NCBI GenBank assembly: GCA_964476245.1
Contig: CAYYYW010000001.1
Span: forward strand, 26,808 to 90,807
Direction: 5' to 3'
Length of the DNA stretch: 64,000 nt
Source of the DNA: an uncultured Gammaproteobacteria bacterium
GTDB taxonomy: Bacteria > Patescibacteriota > Microgenomatia > UBA1406 > HO2-37-13b
Made by a program: the position numbers and the translations under genes. Shown here piece by piece: positions 1 to 9,532 of this stretch (position 1 is the stretch's first letter; the number at the start of each line of letters is the position of its first letter). The notes under the pieces were generated by a model. It worked only from the letters and a program-made list of their open reading frames with translations. It was not told the origin of the DNA and made no database searches.

Positions 1-1078
1 GGCGCATTTCCCGGTATCTATCTTCCGGCATGGAATAAATTTGCTCAACCGCCTCACAAAGACCCTCAAGGCCAGTTTTTTTGACAATCCAATCACCGCG
101 AATATCAGTGTCAGATATATTAACGATGAAACCAGTTTTACCGTCTTTAATTACTTCAGGGACTGAACCTTGAGCAAAAGCAACCATCGGCGTCCCGCAA
201 GCCATTGCCTCAATCATTACCAGTCCAAACGGTTCTTCCCAGCGGATAGGGAATAATAGAATTTTGCTTTTTCGCAAAAAAGTATTCTTTTCTGGAGGAG
301 ACAAAAAATTTGTTTCGGTTACAGTCTTAAAATCAATATAGGGTTTTATTTCCTTTAAATAATAATCTGATGATTTATAATTTTCACTGGAGGCTAACCT
401 TAGAGGAGTCTTTAATCTTAAAGCAAGAGCTATCCCATCGCTGAATCCTTTTTCTGGGATATAACGACCAATCATCGATAGATAATTTTCGGAAGTTTCG
501 GAAAAAGGAAAATCTTCGGCTTTAATCCCGTGATGGATAGTAGCAACACAATTGATATTCATTAATTTTTTATAATTTCTTTTCTGAGATTCAGAAATGG
601 AAATATAATTATGATTAGACAACGTGTTCAAAACGAGATATTCAAGAGTGTTGTTTGGGAAAACAGGATCATGGAGAGTAAAAATGACAGGAAACTTGAC
701 AAATTTTACTAAATAATGCGTAAACATATGAGATTGACAATGAAGTATTTGTAAGTTATTTTGTTTTGCATGAAAAAAGGCCTTACTTATTAATTCAATT
801 TCGTATTCAAAGTGATTTCTTATTACAGTTAAAGATGAGGAAACCTCTTCCACTTTTCTAACATCTCTTGCTGAAGGAAATTCACTATTTTCGAGAGTTT
901 TATTACCTCCAATTACTTGTGCAAGTGTATTTAGTTCCGAGGATGCATAAGCATAAACTTCATGTCCGCGTTTAACCAACCCATCTGCCAAGCAAATAAA
1001 CAGTTCTTTTGGGGCAAAAATTCTATTCCCAAATCTTTTAGACATAAGGATCGATGGTTCTAGTAGTCCAATTTTCAT
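1..1078 (-). CDS. Glycosyltransferase family 4 (C-terminus runs off the window start)
   Basis: Absent from the ORF track because it is truncated. Manual reverse translation from ATG (1078..1076) gives MKIGLLEPSILMSKRFGNRIF... and later ...WEEPFGLVMIEAMACGTPMVAFAQGSVPEVIKDGKTGFIV, the GT4 EX7E region. The start overlaps the upstream stop as ATGA (1075..1078). Confidence 0.75.
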   Translation of the reverse strand, partial: MKIGLLEPSILMSKRFGNRIFAPKELFICLADGLVKRGHEVYAYASSELNTLAQVIGGNKTLENSEFPSARDVRKVEEVSSSLTVIRNHFEYEIELISKAFFHAKQNNLQILHCQSHMFTHYLVKFVKFPVIFTLHDPVFPNNTLEYLVLNTLSNHNYISISESQKRNYKKLMNINCVATIHHGIKAEDFPFSETSENYLSMIGRYIPEKGFSDGIALALRLKTPLRLASSENYKSSDYYLKEIKPYIDFKTVTETNFLSPPEKNTFLRKSKILLFPIRWEEPFGLVMIEAMACGTPMVAFAQGSVPEVIKDGKTGFIVNISDTDIRGDWIVKKTGLEGLCEAVEQIYSMPEDRYREMR

Positions 1079-2307
1079 ATTAGTGGTAAAAGCTTTTCTT
1101 TAATAATAGTTTCTAAGTTATATTTTTGTTTGGCTGATTTTTTTAATTGAATTATTTTATCAGTTTCTAAAAAATTTTTTATAAAAGAAGCGGTTTGTTC
1201 CGCTGTTTGTTTATTAATATCAACGCTAAGTAAATTGTTTCCACCAATTTCTTTAAAAACTTTTAGATTAGATACAAAAGCCGGCGTATTGGTTAAAGCT
1301 GCTTCTAATAAAGGAAGTCCAAAATTTTCACTTTTGGAAAAAAAGAAAACAAGATCGGAAAGATCATAAAGATCATGAATCTCGGAATTTTCCAAAAATC
1401 GGTTAAGGTAATCTTTTAAAAAAATCACATTATCTTTTAATTTCAGTTGGGTAATTTTTTTTAATAAAGTTTCATAGTATCCTAGATTTTTTCTATGAGC
1501 TGACGTTTGTCCACTAATTATGTATTTTATATCTGGGTAGTGTTTTTTTAGGAAAAAAACTATATCAAGGCAATAATCAAGGCTTTTTCTATATAAAATG
1601 TTTACTGGAGAGAAGATTAAAGGAAAATTATAAAGAAGCTGTTTTTCATTTACTATTCTCCAGATACTTTCATCTATCTCTAAGAATTTCTTTAAATCAA
1701 TCCCGTTGGAAATAACTTGAACTTTATTTTTTGGTATCGGCATAACTTGACACAAAAGTTCCTTAAAAGTTTCAGAGATAGCTATGTATGAAGCTTTTTC
1801 TACTGGCTCCATCAAAAGCTTTTTTTCTTCTGGATTAAGATTAACACCTTCTTTTTCTTTTAATATTGTTTCTCCGTTTATATAAGTTTGATCGTGAGTC
1901 CAAAAAAAGAACTTCTTAGTGGAATTTTTTTTGATGTAATCTTTTAAAAAATAGATAAAAGGAAGATTGTGAATTAATGTCATCATATTATGGACAATGA
2001 CAACATCAAGATTGTCAAGATACGGTTCTATCTTATTTTTTATATTTTGCGCAAGAGAATAAAAATCGTTATCTATAATGCCTTTTTCAACAATTTTTTC
2101 ATACAATTGAGGATTAAATCTTATAATAGATTGAATTTCTTCAATTCTCACAAAATTTATCTTGGGATTTTTTTCCTCTCCGTTACCTGAGATAACACTG
2201 ATTTCATAGTCCATCTCTGAAAGAATTTTTGCATGTTCTCTAATTAACATTTCTACTCCACCAATATTCGGAGGATAGGCATAATGCAATAAACCAATTT
2301 TTTTCAT
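1075..2307 (-). CDS. Glycosyltransferase, GT-B fold (GT4-like)
   Basis: 410-aa ORF. The C-terminal half (...SENFGLPLLEAALTNTPAFVSN...) resembles the sugar-nucleotide-binding half of GT-B enzymes. ATGA overlaps at both ends (1075..1078, 2304..2307). Confidence 0.6.
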   Translation of the reverse strand: MKKIGLLHYAYPPNIGGVEMLIREHAKILSEMDYEISVISGNGEEKNPKINFVRIEEIQSIIRFNPQLYEKIVEKGIIDNDFYSLAQNIKNKIEPYLDNLDVVIVHNMMTLIHNLPFIYFLKDYIKKNSTKKFFFWTHDQTYINGETILKEKEGVNLNPEEKKLLMEPVEKASYIAISETFKELLCQVMPIPKNKVQVISNGIDLKKFLEIDESIWRIVNEKQLLYNFPLIFSPVNILYRKSLDYCLDIVFFLKKHYPDIKYIISGQTSAHRKNLGYYETLLKKITQLKLKDNVIFLKDYLNRFLENSEIHDLYDLSDLVFFFSKSENFGLPLLEAALTNTPAFVSNLKVFKEIGGNNLLSVDINKQTAEQTASFIKNFLETDKIIQLKKSAKQKYNLETIIKEKLLPLI

Positions 2308-3404
2308 CGCTTTGTTTTTTTAATAATTTCTAAATAAACCTCTTCATACCCATTAACCATTTTCTCCATCGAAAAAGTTTTCACCACATGCTCTCGGCAA
2401 TTTTTAGGGTTAATTTTGTCAATTTTCAACAGTGCTTCTTTAAGTCCATCTAAACCTTTGTCGTAGGGTACCACAAAACCCGTTTTCCCGTCAACCACTA
2501 ATTCAGAAACTGCACCCCGATCAAAAGCAATCACCGGCGTACCGCAAGACATCGCCTCGGCCATTACCAAACCAAACGGTTCATACCAATTAATGGTCAT
2601 TAAAAAAGCTTTAGCTTTTTGCATTAATTTGACAATTTCTTGATGAGGAATTATTTGTTCTTTGGCAACCGGACCATACCATTGGATCTTGTCAGAAAGA
2701 TAAGGCTTAACATCTTTTTCATAAAATTCAAAGTCTTCAACATTGCCGGCAAGAATTAATCTCCTTCCGGTTTCTCTTGCTAATTGTATTGCGAAGCGGA
2801 CTCCTTTAGGATCCATAAAAGAGCCGTCTTTGTTTTTCGCTTTGGACAAACGACCAATCCATAAAAGATAATCATCTTTTTGATCATTTAACGAGAAAAG
2901 GTCGGTATCAATCCCGTTGTAAACAATGCGATAAAAATTGGCTTTTTTGAATAAGGCTCGATGGGCTTTAGAAATAGAGATAAAGTGGGTTTTTTTAAAA
3001 AGGCTTAAGGTTTCATCAATAAAATCAGTCCATTGGACGTGAACCGTTGTTACCATCGGAACTTTTAATCTGTTTTCGATTATTGACGTGAAAAATTCTG
3101 GATAAAGGTGGTTGTGAATGATATCAAAATTGTTTTGAATTTTAACTATTTTTTCTGCCAATTGGACAAGGGTTGAAACTTCAAGAAAAAATGGATTTTC
3201 CGCCGGAGGTAAATCAACCCAGCCTTTTTCAATTACCGGAATTGTTTGACAACCGTCAATTACGGTGTCAGCGGTGCCAAGAACAGAAACTTGATGCCCT
3301 TTTTCAGCTAAGCCTTTGGCTAAACGATAAATAATTTGCGAACGAGAAGCAGTCACTTCCTTTGTGATTTTACGTTTAAGAGTTGAAACAATAAGGATTT
3401 TCAT
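2304..3404 (-). CDS. Glycosyltransferase family 4
   Basis: 366 aa with ...NWYEPFGLVMAEAMSCGTPVIAFDRGAVSELVVDGKTGFVV, the GT4 EX7E motif. Confidence 0.8.
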   Translation of the reverse strand: MKILIVSTLKRKITKEVTASRSQIIYRLAKGLAEKGHQVSVLGTADTVIDGCQTIPVIEKGWVDLPPAENPFFLEVSTLVQLAEKIVKIQNNFDIIHNHLYPEFFTSIIENRLKVPMVTTVHVQWTDFIDETLSLFKKTHFISISKAHRALFKKANFYRIVYNGIDTDLFSLNDQKDDYLLWIGRLSKAKNKDGSFMDPKGVRFAIQLARETGRRLILAGNVEDFEFYEKDVKPYLSDKIQWYGPVAKEQIIPHQEIVKLMQKAKAFLMTINWYEPFGLVMAEAMSCGTPVIAFDRGAVSELVVDGKTGFVVPYDKGLDGLKEALLKIDKINPKNCREHVVKTFSMEKMVNGYEEVYLEIIKKTKR

Positions 3405-3478
3405 AATAGTAATGCTTTATTTTATCTAATTTTGCTTTAAAAATCAGAGTATATATTTAATCTTAGCAGATTTTTGGA

Positions 3479-4690
3479 TTAAGATTTAAGTTTTTTGGGG
3501 GTAGGTTGTTTCTTTATATTATTAGCAAGGCTCTTGTGATAAAGATTATAAAATTTAGTGGCGATTTTGTCCCAGTTAAACCGTTCAACTACGCTTTTGT
3601 AGGCTCGCTCGCCCATTTTTTCTCGAAGTTTGTCGTCCTGCAAAAGAAGATTTACTTTCTGAGCAATAATTTTGGCGCTTTTCGGTCGGACAAGAAATCC
3701 ATTATAACCATCTTTAACAATGGTAGTAACGCCACCTTTTCGGCTGACAACCACCGGGGTATGATAAACCATCGCCTCAAGTATAACCAACCCCAAAGGC
3801 TCGTTCCAAACCGAAGGCGCCACATAAATATCAGCCCTTAAATAAAAATCGTTAATTTCTCCTAATCTTTGAGAGAAGTAACCAAGCATGTGGACGTTGT
3901 TTAACTTGTATTTAACAATCAAATTTTCCAGATATTTCCGCTCTGGACCGTCCCCTAAAATAACGATTTCAGCATTGATCTGCCGGGCGGCTTTGATTAG
4001 ATACTCAACTCCTTTGTGCTGGGTTAATCTACCGGTAAAAAGAACCATTTTTTCATATTTGAATTTATACTTTCTATCAATCCAAGAAACGTCTTTGGAA
4101 AAATCAACGTTAGTACTAACTCCGGCTGGAATTGTCTTTGTTTTTTTGGCCAGATCCCGACCAAACATTTGAAGATACCACTCACGGGTAAAGTTGCTGT
4201 TGGCGGTAATAAATTTGGCCTTAGAAGAAGCATCGCGAACTAACGATCGCCAACGACTGTCTTCTTTTAGATAATAAAGATCACTACCGTGAGTTGAGAT
4301 AATAAAAGGCCTTTTATAAAAATTGGCCAAATGCCTAGCCACTGGTGGTAAAAAAGCCGTATGGAAAACGTGAATTAGATCGGGCTTAAATTTGGCAACC
4401 GCTTTGGCACAGCGGAGAAGATAATAATTGTAGATTTGAATATGTTCTTGGTTGGAAAGCTTGGAGTATTTTTTAGCTTGGGGAAGTTCAGGGTTGCCGA
4501 CAAAAACACCCACAAACGGTGGTTTCAAACGGAAAATCCTTGCTTGTTTAAAAACCCTTGTTTCAGGAGCAACAATCGCCGCTTGAAATTCATCAGGATA
4601 TTTTTCTTTCAAATGAAAAATTAATCGCCTAAGCCAAGCCCCCGACCCATTGCCCCAAAGAGGAAACATGTAAAGATAAAGTACCTTCAT
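3479..4690 (-). CDS. Glycosyltransferase family 4
   Basis: 403 aa with ...WNEPLGLVILEAMVYHTPVVVSRKGGVTTIVKDGYNGFLV. Confidence 0.8.
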   Translation of the reverse strand: MKVLYLYMFPLWGNGSGAWLRRLIFHLKEKYPDEFQAAIVAPETRVFKQARIFRLKPPFVGVFVGNPELPQAKKYSKLSNQEHIQIYNYYLLRCAKAVAKFKPDLIHVFHTAFLPPVARHLANFYKRPFIISTHGSDLYYLKEDSRWRSLVRDASSKAKFITANSNFTREWYLQMFGRDLAKKTKTIPAGVSTNVDFSKDVSWIDRKYKFKYEKMVLFTGRLTQHKGVEYLIKAARQINAEIVILGDGPERKYLENLIVKYKLNNVHMLGYFSQRLGEINDFYLRADIYVAPSVWNEPLGLVILEAMVYHTPVVVSRKGGVTTIVKDGYNGFLVRPKSAKIIAQKVNLLLQDDKLREKMGERAYKSVVERFNWDKIATKFYNLYHKSLANNIKKQPTPKKLKS

Positions 4691-4727
4691 ATTGGAAGAT
4701 ATTATAGCATCTTTTTTATATTAAAGT

Positions 4728-6179
4728 TTAAAAGCCATAAATTTTTTCCAGCGCCTCAATTCCTTTAAAGAACAATTCTTCATCAAAATTTTCATTAGGT
4801 GCATGAATATTGCTATTGGGCAAAGTAAAGCCGGTTAAAACAATTGGCTTTTTAAAAATCCTCTGGAGAATTTCCGCTACAGGAATAGTTGCCCCCGAAC
4901 GATTGAATAAAGGTTTGTTTCCGAAGAATTCTTGCAAAATCTTGGCGGTGTTTTTTATATGCTTATTGTTAAAATCAGAATAAAACGGAGCGGCTTTACT
5001 AAATGTTTTTAGCTGATGCTTAACTCCATCGGGCATATTCTCAATGATGAATTTTTTGACTAATTTTTCAATCTTGTCTGGGTCTTGATATTCTACTAAA
5101 CGAAAAGAAAATTTAACGGTGGCGGAAGCCGGAATGATTGTTTTTGACCCGGGGCCCTGGTAACCCGAAAAAAAACCATTAATATCAAATGAAGGATAAA
5201 TTTTACTGGCTAATGACGGATGAACGTTATCAAAATCAACTATCCGATAAACAGCCGCATTTTTTGCCAGATTGTTAACGTTTCTTACCGCAGCTTTTAA
5301 CAAGTCTCTTTCTTCCTCTAAAATTTTTCGGCAATCATCATAAAAATGGGGAATTTTAATCTTGTTTGAATCAGCCGATTTTATTTTTATCATCAAATCA
5401 GCTAATATTTGGGCTGGGTTTAAGATACGATTGCCATAAGAACCTGAATGAACATCATGCTCCCCTATCTTAATGGTCAACTCAAAGTATAAAATTCCTC
5501 GCAGTCCATAAAAAATCTGAGGAGTGGTTTTATTAGCCATGCCCGTATCAGTAAGATAAAAAACATCAACTCCATTTAAAATATCTTTTGCTTTTTCCGC
5601 ATATTCTTCAAAATGAGCGCTTCCTATTTCCTCTTCTCCTTCTAAAATAAAAACAATATTATTTTTTAATCGTTTGTTTTCGATTAACCCACCTACGTCG
5701 AGACTTCGGCGGGCAAGTCGACTAATCGAAGTAATGTTCTGGATAATGTGCCCTTTATTGTCCGCCACTCCCCGCCCGGAAATTTTACCGTTCTTTATAA
5801 CTAATTTAAAAGGGGGTGTTTGCCACTGATCAACCGGGTCCTCCGGCTGGACATCATAGTGTCCATAAATGCCAATAGTTTTAACCTTACCATTTAAGAT
5901 ACGATCGTTGTTGAAATGGTTATTATCCAAAGTTGAAGATTTACCATTTCGATCACGATCATGATCTAAGTGGTTATTTTTTGGAGTGAAATGGGCAATA
6001 ACTAACGGTGGATTATTTCCTTTTGAAAATACTTTGACTTTAAACCCAAGTCCTGTTAACTGTTTTTTTAAAAATTCAACGGTCTTTTGAATTTCAGAAA
6101 AACGGCCGGGATCGGCGGAGACGGATTGAATGGAAATAAACTCTGCCAATTGCTTTAAAACGCTTTGTCTGTTAGTCAT
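4728..6179 (-). CDS. M20 family metallopeptidase (ArgE/DapE/dipeptidase-like) carrying an inserted Asn/Asp/His-rich loop
   Basis: 483 aa with IGIYGHYDVQPEDPVDQWQTPPF and GRGVADNKGH, the M20 metal-site motifs. An extra loop, NNHLDHDRDRNGKSSTLDNNHFNNDRILNG, is encoded by palindromic repeats at 5888..5976. Confidence 0.75.
   Translation of the reverse strand: MTNRQSVLKQLAEFISIQSVSADPGRFSEIQKTVEFLKKQLTGLGFKVKVFSKGNNPPLVIAHFTPKNNHLDHDRDRNGKSSTLDNNHFNNDRILNGKVKTIGIYGHYDVQPEDPVDQWQTPPFKLVIKNGKISGRGVADNKGHIIQNITSISRLARRSLDVGGLIENKRLKNNIVFILEGEEEIGSAHFEEYAEKAKDILNGVDVFYLTDTGMANKTTPQIFYGLRGILYFELTIKIGEHDVHSGSYGNRILNPAQILADLMIKIKSADSNKIKIPHFYDDCRKILEEERDLLKAAVRNVNNLAKNAAVYRIVDFDNVHPSLASKIYPSFDINGFFSGYQGPGSKTIIPASATVKFSFRLVEYQDPDKIEKLVKKFIIENMPDGVKHQLKTFSKAAPFYSDFNNKHIKNTAKILQEFFGNKPLFNRSGATIPVAEILQRIFKKPIVLTGFTLPNSNIHAPNENFDEELFFKGIEALEKIYGF
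5888..5976. repeat. Two TACCAT...ATGGT(T)A nested palindromes inside the M20 CDS
   Basis: TACCATTTaagatACGATCGTtgttgAAATGGTtA (5888..5922) and TACCATTTcgaTCACGATCATGATCtAAGTGGTtA (5942..5976). Same family as the copies at 10048, 10672, 49408, 49460 and 50125. Confidence 0.7.
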
Positions 6180-6266
6180 GTTTTTTTATTATATCACGCC
6201 TTGTTAAAAGTCTCCCCGCCACCCGAAATCAATCCCGAACCAGAACAACCTTGGTACGGAATAAGT

Positions 6267-6279
6267 AACCTGTCAGGTT
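6267..6279. repeat. AACCTGTCAGGTT hairpin element (intergenic, downstream of pth)
   Basis: Perfect AACC-N5-GGTT hairpin followed by ...GGCTTGGCATAACAATCT. Related copies at 14528, 31557 and 54025. Confidence 0.6.
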
Positions 6280-6306
6280 GGATAACGGCTTGGCATAACA
6301 ATCTGT

Positions 6307-6843
6307 TCAAAGATTAAAAATCAGTGATTTTAGGTTTAAGAAGATTTTTTCAAAAACTCTTTTTATTATTTCAAGTTCTTCTTTTTTAAAATCCTGCAAA
6401 ACATAAGTTTCCCCATCAATTCGTTTTTCCGGTTGACGATTGTCTACTCCAATCCTCACCCGCCAAAAATCCTTGGTTGCCAATGCTTTTTCAATCGACT
6501 CTATTCCGTTATGCAGTTTTGGCCCAACGCCTTTTTGGATTTTGAATTTGCCCAAAGGAATATCAAGGTCGTCGTGGACAATAATTAAGTTTGAAAGTTT
6601 TAAAGTTTTAAAGTTTGAAATTAGTTTTTTAACGACGGCGCCGGAATTATTCATAAATGTTTGGGGTTTGATAAATGCCATTGTTCGATTGTTCGATTGT
6701 TTCATTGCTATATAATATTTGTTTTTTTCAACAATTGAGCAATGAAGCAATGGAGCAATATAGTCCATAAACATAAATCCCACATTATGCCTGTTGTTCT
6801 TGTATTTCTCTCCCGGATTTCCCAAGCCGACGATAATTTTCAT
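6307..6843 (-). CDS. pth: Peptidyl-tRNA hydrolase
   Basis: MKIIVGLGNPGEKYKNNRHNVGF...KPQTFMNNSG...VHDDLDIPLGK, the canonical Pth motifs. Confidence 0.85.
   Translation of the reverse strand: MKIIVGLGNPGEKYKNNRHNVGFMFMDYIAPLLHCSIVEKNKYYIAMKQSNNRTMAFIKPQTFMNNSGAVVKKLISNFKTLKLSNLIIVHDDLDIPLGKFKIQKGVGPKLHNGIESIEKALATKDFWRVRIGVDNRQPEKRIDGETYVLQDFKKEELEIIKRVFEKIFLNLKSLIFNL
6588..6622. repeat. 8-bp-periodic tandem repeat inside pth
   Basis: aagtttgaaagttttaaagttttaaagtttgaaatt, with unit about AAGTTTTA. Translated as SNFKTLKLSNL. Confidence 0.6.
6678..6759. repeat. AT-rich hairpin built from 8-bp units, in frame inside pth
   Basis: Left arm ccattgttcgattgttcgattgtttcattgc (6678..6708) is complementary to right arm gcaatgaagcaatggagcaat (6739..6759). 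Translated as LHCSIVEKNKYYIAMKQSNNRTM. Confidence 0.65.
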
Positions 6844-6929
6844 TGTTAAAATTATAATTGATTTTATTATTTTTTTTCTCTATACTAACTCTGAGAACTT
6901 TATAACTTTACAAACTTTTTAACTTTAAT

Positions 6930-7760
6930 ATGTCTAAATACGTCCCGGACGTCTCGTCTCGACGTTGGGTAATCATTTCTTCCCAGCGAATTGCCCGGCC
7001 AGAAGATGATTTTGTCCATCCGAAAAAAAATCTTTGTGTTTTTTGCCCCGGCAACGAGAAATTTACCCCAAGCGAAACCTTTCGTTTAGGTAAGGGCGGA
7101 AAAAACGAACCTGGTTGGCTGGTAAGAGTTATTCCTAATAAATATCCTATCACTGATTTCCACGAAGTGATAATTCATTCTCCTGACCATAAAAAAGACA
7201 TTGATGAATTGCCGCTTTTTCATATACAAGCTTTAATCAAAACTTACAAGGAGCGCTATTTTTTTTTCAAAAGTAAAGGTCAGGTGTTGATTTTTTGCAA
7301 TCATGGCGAGCATTCGGGAGCTTCATTAACTCATCCTCATTCCCAGCTCGTCGTCATTCCCTCCCAGATTAATCTTGATACCTTGACCCGAGAGCCTTTA
7401 AATAACTTGGTTTTTGATAATAAATTTTTTTATGTTTATTCTCCTGATTTTTCCCAGTGGCCGTATGAAGTTTGGGTTGTCCCCAAAAAAGAAGGAAAAA
7501 TTTTTGGCGAAATTAACGATGAGGAGATAAGCGATTTAGCTTCAATTTTACGAAACATTATACGCAAATTAAGAAAAGTTTCTTTGAAAAACAAACTAAC
7601 CAATGACGGCTTTGCTTACAATTATTATATCTATCCTAAAGAAAACTGGTACCTTCGAATTATTCCCCGTTTAGTCCACCGGGCCGGCTTTGAACTGGGA
7701 ACCGGTCTTTCCGTCAACATCATTGATCCAAAGGACGCGGCGGAGGAGTTGAAGGAGTAA
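6930..7760 (+). CDS. Galactose-1-phosphate uridylyltransferase-like nucleotidyltransferase (HIT superfamily)
   Basis: 276 aa with CVFCPGNE (zinc knuckle) and THPHSQLV (His-x-His-x-Gln active site), both typical of the GalT family. Confidence 0.7.
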   Translation: MSKYVPDVSSRRWVIISSQRIARPEDDFVHPKKNLCVFCPGNEKFTPSETFRLGKGGKNEPGWLVRVIPNKYPITDFHEVIIHSPDHKKDIDELPLFHIQALIKTYKERYFFFKSKGQVLIFCNHGEHSGASLTHPHSQLVVIPSQINLDTLTREPLNNLVFDNKFFYVYSPDFSQWPYEVWVVPKKEGKIFGEINDEEISDLASILRNIIRKLRKVSLKNKLTNDGFAYNYYIYPKENWYLRIIPRLVHRAGFELGTGLSVNIIDPKDAAEELKE

Positions 7761-7762
7761 TA

Positions 7763-9532
7763 TTATTCAAAAGCTGAATGAATAAACGAGCTAAATTTAT
7801 CGTTTCTTTCCATCCGCTTTTTATAATCAATATCAACCGGACTATAAGAAATTTGGGGATGGACTCGAGGACTAAACCAATCTCTCAAATCAGTCAAGAC
7901 TTCACTAGCTTTACTACCTTCTCTATTAAGAACGTCTTGAAAATTATCCCACTGATTAATTTTATCACAAGCCGAGGCCGTGGATTCAGTCTTACCAAAT
8001 GACTCTCTTAAATTATCAGCTAAATAAATCAAGAATTCATTGGCTTCTTCGCATGAATCAAATACCCCTTGAGGAGTATGATTTAATATTGCTTCAATTA
8101 AGGTTTGGTTAATGTGGGCTTGACTATTAATCAACGCTTCTACGATTAATGAGCGAATTCCATCATCAGAACCTAGCCCAACATTATTAAGGATATTGAT
8201 AATAGTTGGTAAACAATAAGGCAGAAATAAATGAGAACCAACAATTAACTTTAAATGTGCGTTCATGTGCTTCTCTCCTGACATGACTCGTTTCGCTAAA
8301 GCAGTTATTTCTTCCCGAATGTTTTTGTTTCTCCACTCTTCAATTTCCCACGAACCTATAATTTGATGATCGCCAACATTACCCAACATAACGGTAAATT
8401 CGATGACTTTGGCAAGAGTCTCTTCAGAGTCGAACCGTTCTACCTCTCTAACACGAAAATCATAGTCGGTAAAATAAGGCAGAGCGTCAACAAAATTAAA
8501 AGCGATTGCTTTTTCTTCTTTAGACTTATCAACTAGGTGACATCTTAGCCTGTTCCCCCATTTTATATTATGAGTTGAGGCAAAAACACTAATATGATCG
8601 GCCATAAAAATAGCTATTTTTTTCATTAAATCATCTTTAATTTCTAGCGGATCTCCCGTCAATGAATAGAATACCAAGTCTACATCACCTAACGCGGCGG
8701 CTCCATCTGATAAAAATACCGCCGCCTCTTCGGTTATTTGTCGACCGGGAACAATTGAAAAATTGCCAACAAAAGAAGCCGGTAATTTAGACTGACATAA
8801 TCTCGCCAGTAATTCTCTCAGCTCGCTTGAAATAGCTTGATCAACATTAGTTAAGTTGGTTTCTTTAAGGAGCGAAAGTGCTTCTAACTTCCCTATCTCA
8901 CAATCTAAATCATTAATGACAGACTGCCAGTCAGACTCATTCCCTATCCATTTCTTTACTTCTGGCAACAGTAATTCTCGATAAAAGACACGATTATTTG
9001 AATATCCATCAGGAAAATTGCCTAAGAATATATCAGTAGCATGCTGACCAAATAAATCTTGCAACCGGACATGATAATCAAGCAACATCTGAAGTTTGTC
9101 TATTTCATTAACCGCCAAAACTAAAACTGATTCCTTGGCTAATTGATCACCTAAGTAAGGGATTTTCCTCAGCATAGCTGCTTTTCTCTCTAAAAAAGAT
9201 AAAGAATCGTTCTCACTTGGTAAAATGGTTAAACTAACAGATTTTTGATCAACATCTTGATTAACTAATTGTTTTCCATGTCTGGGGTCGCTTAATTCAT
9301 AAATTAAACCAGCCGCCACAATTGAATCTCGTTCGGGATAATCTGGCGGTAAAAGATTATTTAAGGCTAAAGCCACTCTTTGAGCATGGTTTAAGAAGGT
9401 GTCATAAGGATTGACGTTGCTTAGTTTATTAGCCAAACGCTCTCTTACCAAATTATAAGCTGTAAAAACTAAAGGATGATTTTCCTCTGTCTCTGTAAAA
9501 TATTTTTCTGCTTCGATAATATTTTGTGTCAT
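7763..9532 (-). CDS. Hypothetical protein, 589 aa, acidic, no recognisable catalytic motif
   Basis: Long uninterrupted ORF with an ATG start and TAA stop. Its composition (D/E/L/Q-rich, K-poor) differs from neighbouring K/I/N-rich proteins. The N-terminus (HAQRVALAL...AAGLIYELSD) only loosely resembles an HD domain, with HD replaced by YE. Confidence 0.5.
   Translation of the reverse strand: MTQNIIEAEKYFTETEENHPLVFTAYNLVRERLANKLSNVNPYDTFLNHAQRVALALNNLLPPDYPERDSIVAAGLIYELSDPRHGKQLVNQDVDQKSVSLTILPSENDSLSFLERKAAMLRKIPYLGDQLAKESVLVLAVNEIDKLQMLLDYHVRLQDLFGQHATDIFLGNFPDGYSNNRVFYRELLLPEVKKWIGNESDWQSVINDLDCEIGKLEALSLLKETNLTNVDQAISSELRELLARLCQSKLPASFVGNFSIVPGRQITEEAAVFLSDGAAALGDVDLVFYSLTGDPLEIKDDLMKKIAIFMADHISVFASTHNIKWGNRLRCHLVDKSKEEKAIAFNFVDALPYFTDYDFRVREVERFDSEETLAKVIEFTVMLGNVGDHQIIGSWEIEEWRNKNIREEITALAKRVMSGEKHMNAHLKLIVGSHLFLPYCLPTIINILNNVGLGSDDGIRSLIVEALINSQAHINQTLIEAILNHTPQGVFDSCEEANEFLIYLADNLRESFGKTESTASACDKINQWDNFQDVLNREGSKASEVLTDLRDWFSPRVHPQISYSPVDIDYKKRMERNDKFSSFIHSAFE

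Noticed and set aside
1075-6309. Alternative genetic code with UGA reassigned (as in Gracilibacteria/Absconditabacteria)
   Set aside because: TGA terminates conserved proteins at the expected C-termini (pth at 6307..6309, ndk at 30589..30591). It also forms ATGA stop/start overlaps (1075..1078, 2304..2307, 24427..24430). No conserved gene needs TGA read-through.
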